Part shown: positions 63,954-64,000 of the stretch, piece by piece | How the letters are laid out: every line of letters begins with the position of its first letter | How positions within the stretch are numbered: position 1 is the stretch's first letter | Assembly (NCBI GenBank): GCA_964035545.1 | Contig: OZ037772.1 | Location: 8,797,150-8,861,149, forward strand | Reading direction: 5' to 3' | Length of the DNA: 64,000 bases | Source: Bugula neritina | Taxonomy: Eukaryota; Animalia; Bryozoa | Made by a program: the position numbers and the translations under genes | Notes under the pieces: model-generated | The model's input: only the letters and a program-made list of their open reading frames with translations | What the model was told of the DNA's origin: nothing | The model's database searches: none

Positions 63954-64000
63954 AGGAGCAATTATGACTGGATGCTCTTCTTAACATCACTAATGGTCTT

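Overview
AT-rich, intron-rich eukaryotic (invertebrate-animal-like) genomic DNA; no prokaryotic features. The main host content is a tandem family of three multi-exon + strand genes (A: 3316-14279, 5' end outside the window; B: 19599-31130; C: 34999-58239). Spliced by hand at canonical GT-AG sites, they encode a chymotrypsin/trypsin-fold (clan PA) protease domain with His (PAHL/PTHL) and Asp (NDIAL/NDVAL) motifs, but Cys instead of Ser in the nucleophile motif (GDCGS, PGDCGT), as in RNA-virus 3C/2A proteases. Genes B and C start with MGNxxS (N-myristoylation consensus, no signal peptide), followed by a disordered region built from phase-1 micro-exons. Three young LTR retroelements hit this family. 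A BEL/Pao element sits in the GDCGS codons of gene A. A Gypsy element sits in a splice donor of gene C; it has in-frame gag-UGA-CUA-pol (readthrough signature) and an extra zinc-knuckle ORF3. An RT-deleted Gmr1-type Gypsy element lies in an intron of gene C. Also present: a type I hammerhead ribozyme in an intron of gene C, degenerate RTE, Penelope and CR1/L2-like fragments, tRNA-derived SINEs, two MITE-like elements, many microsatellites, the first five coding exons of an nrf-6/OACYL-like gene at the right end, and a pseudogenised copy of its first exon. All exon models are manual predictions without transcript support.
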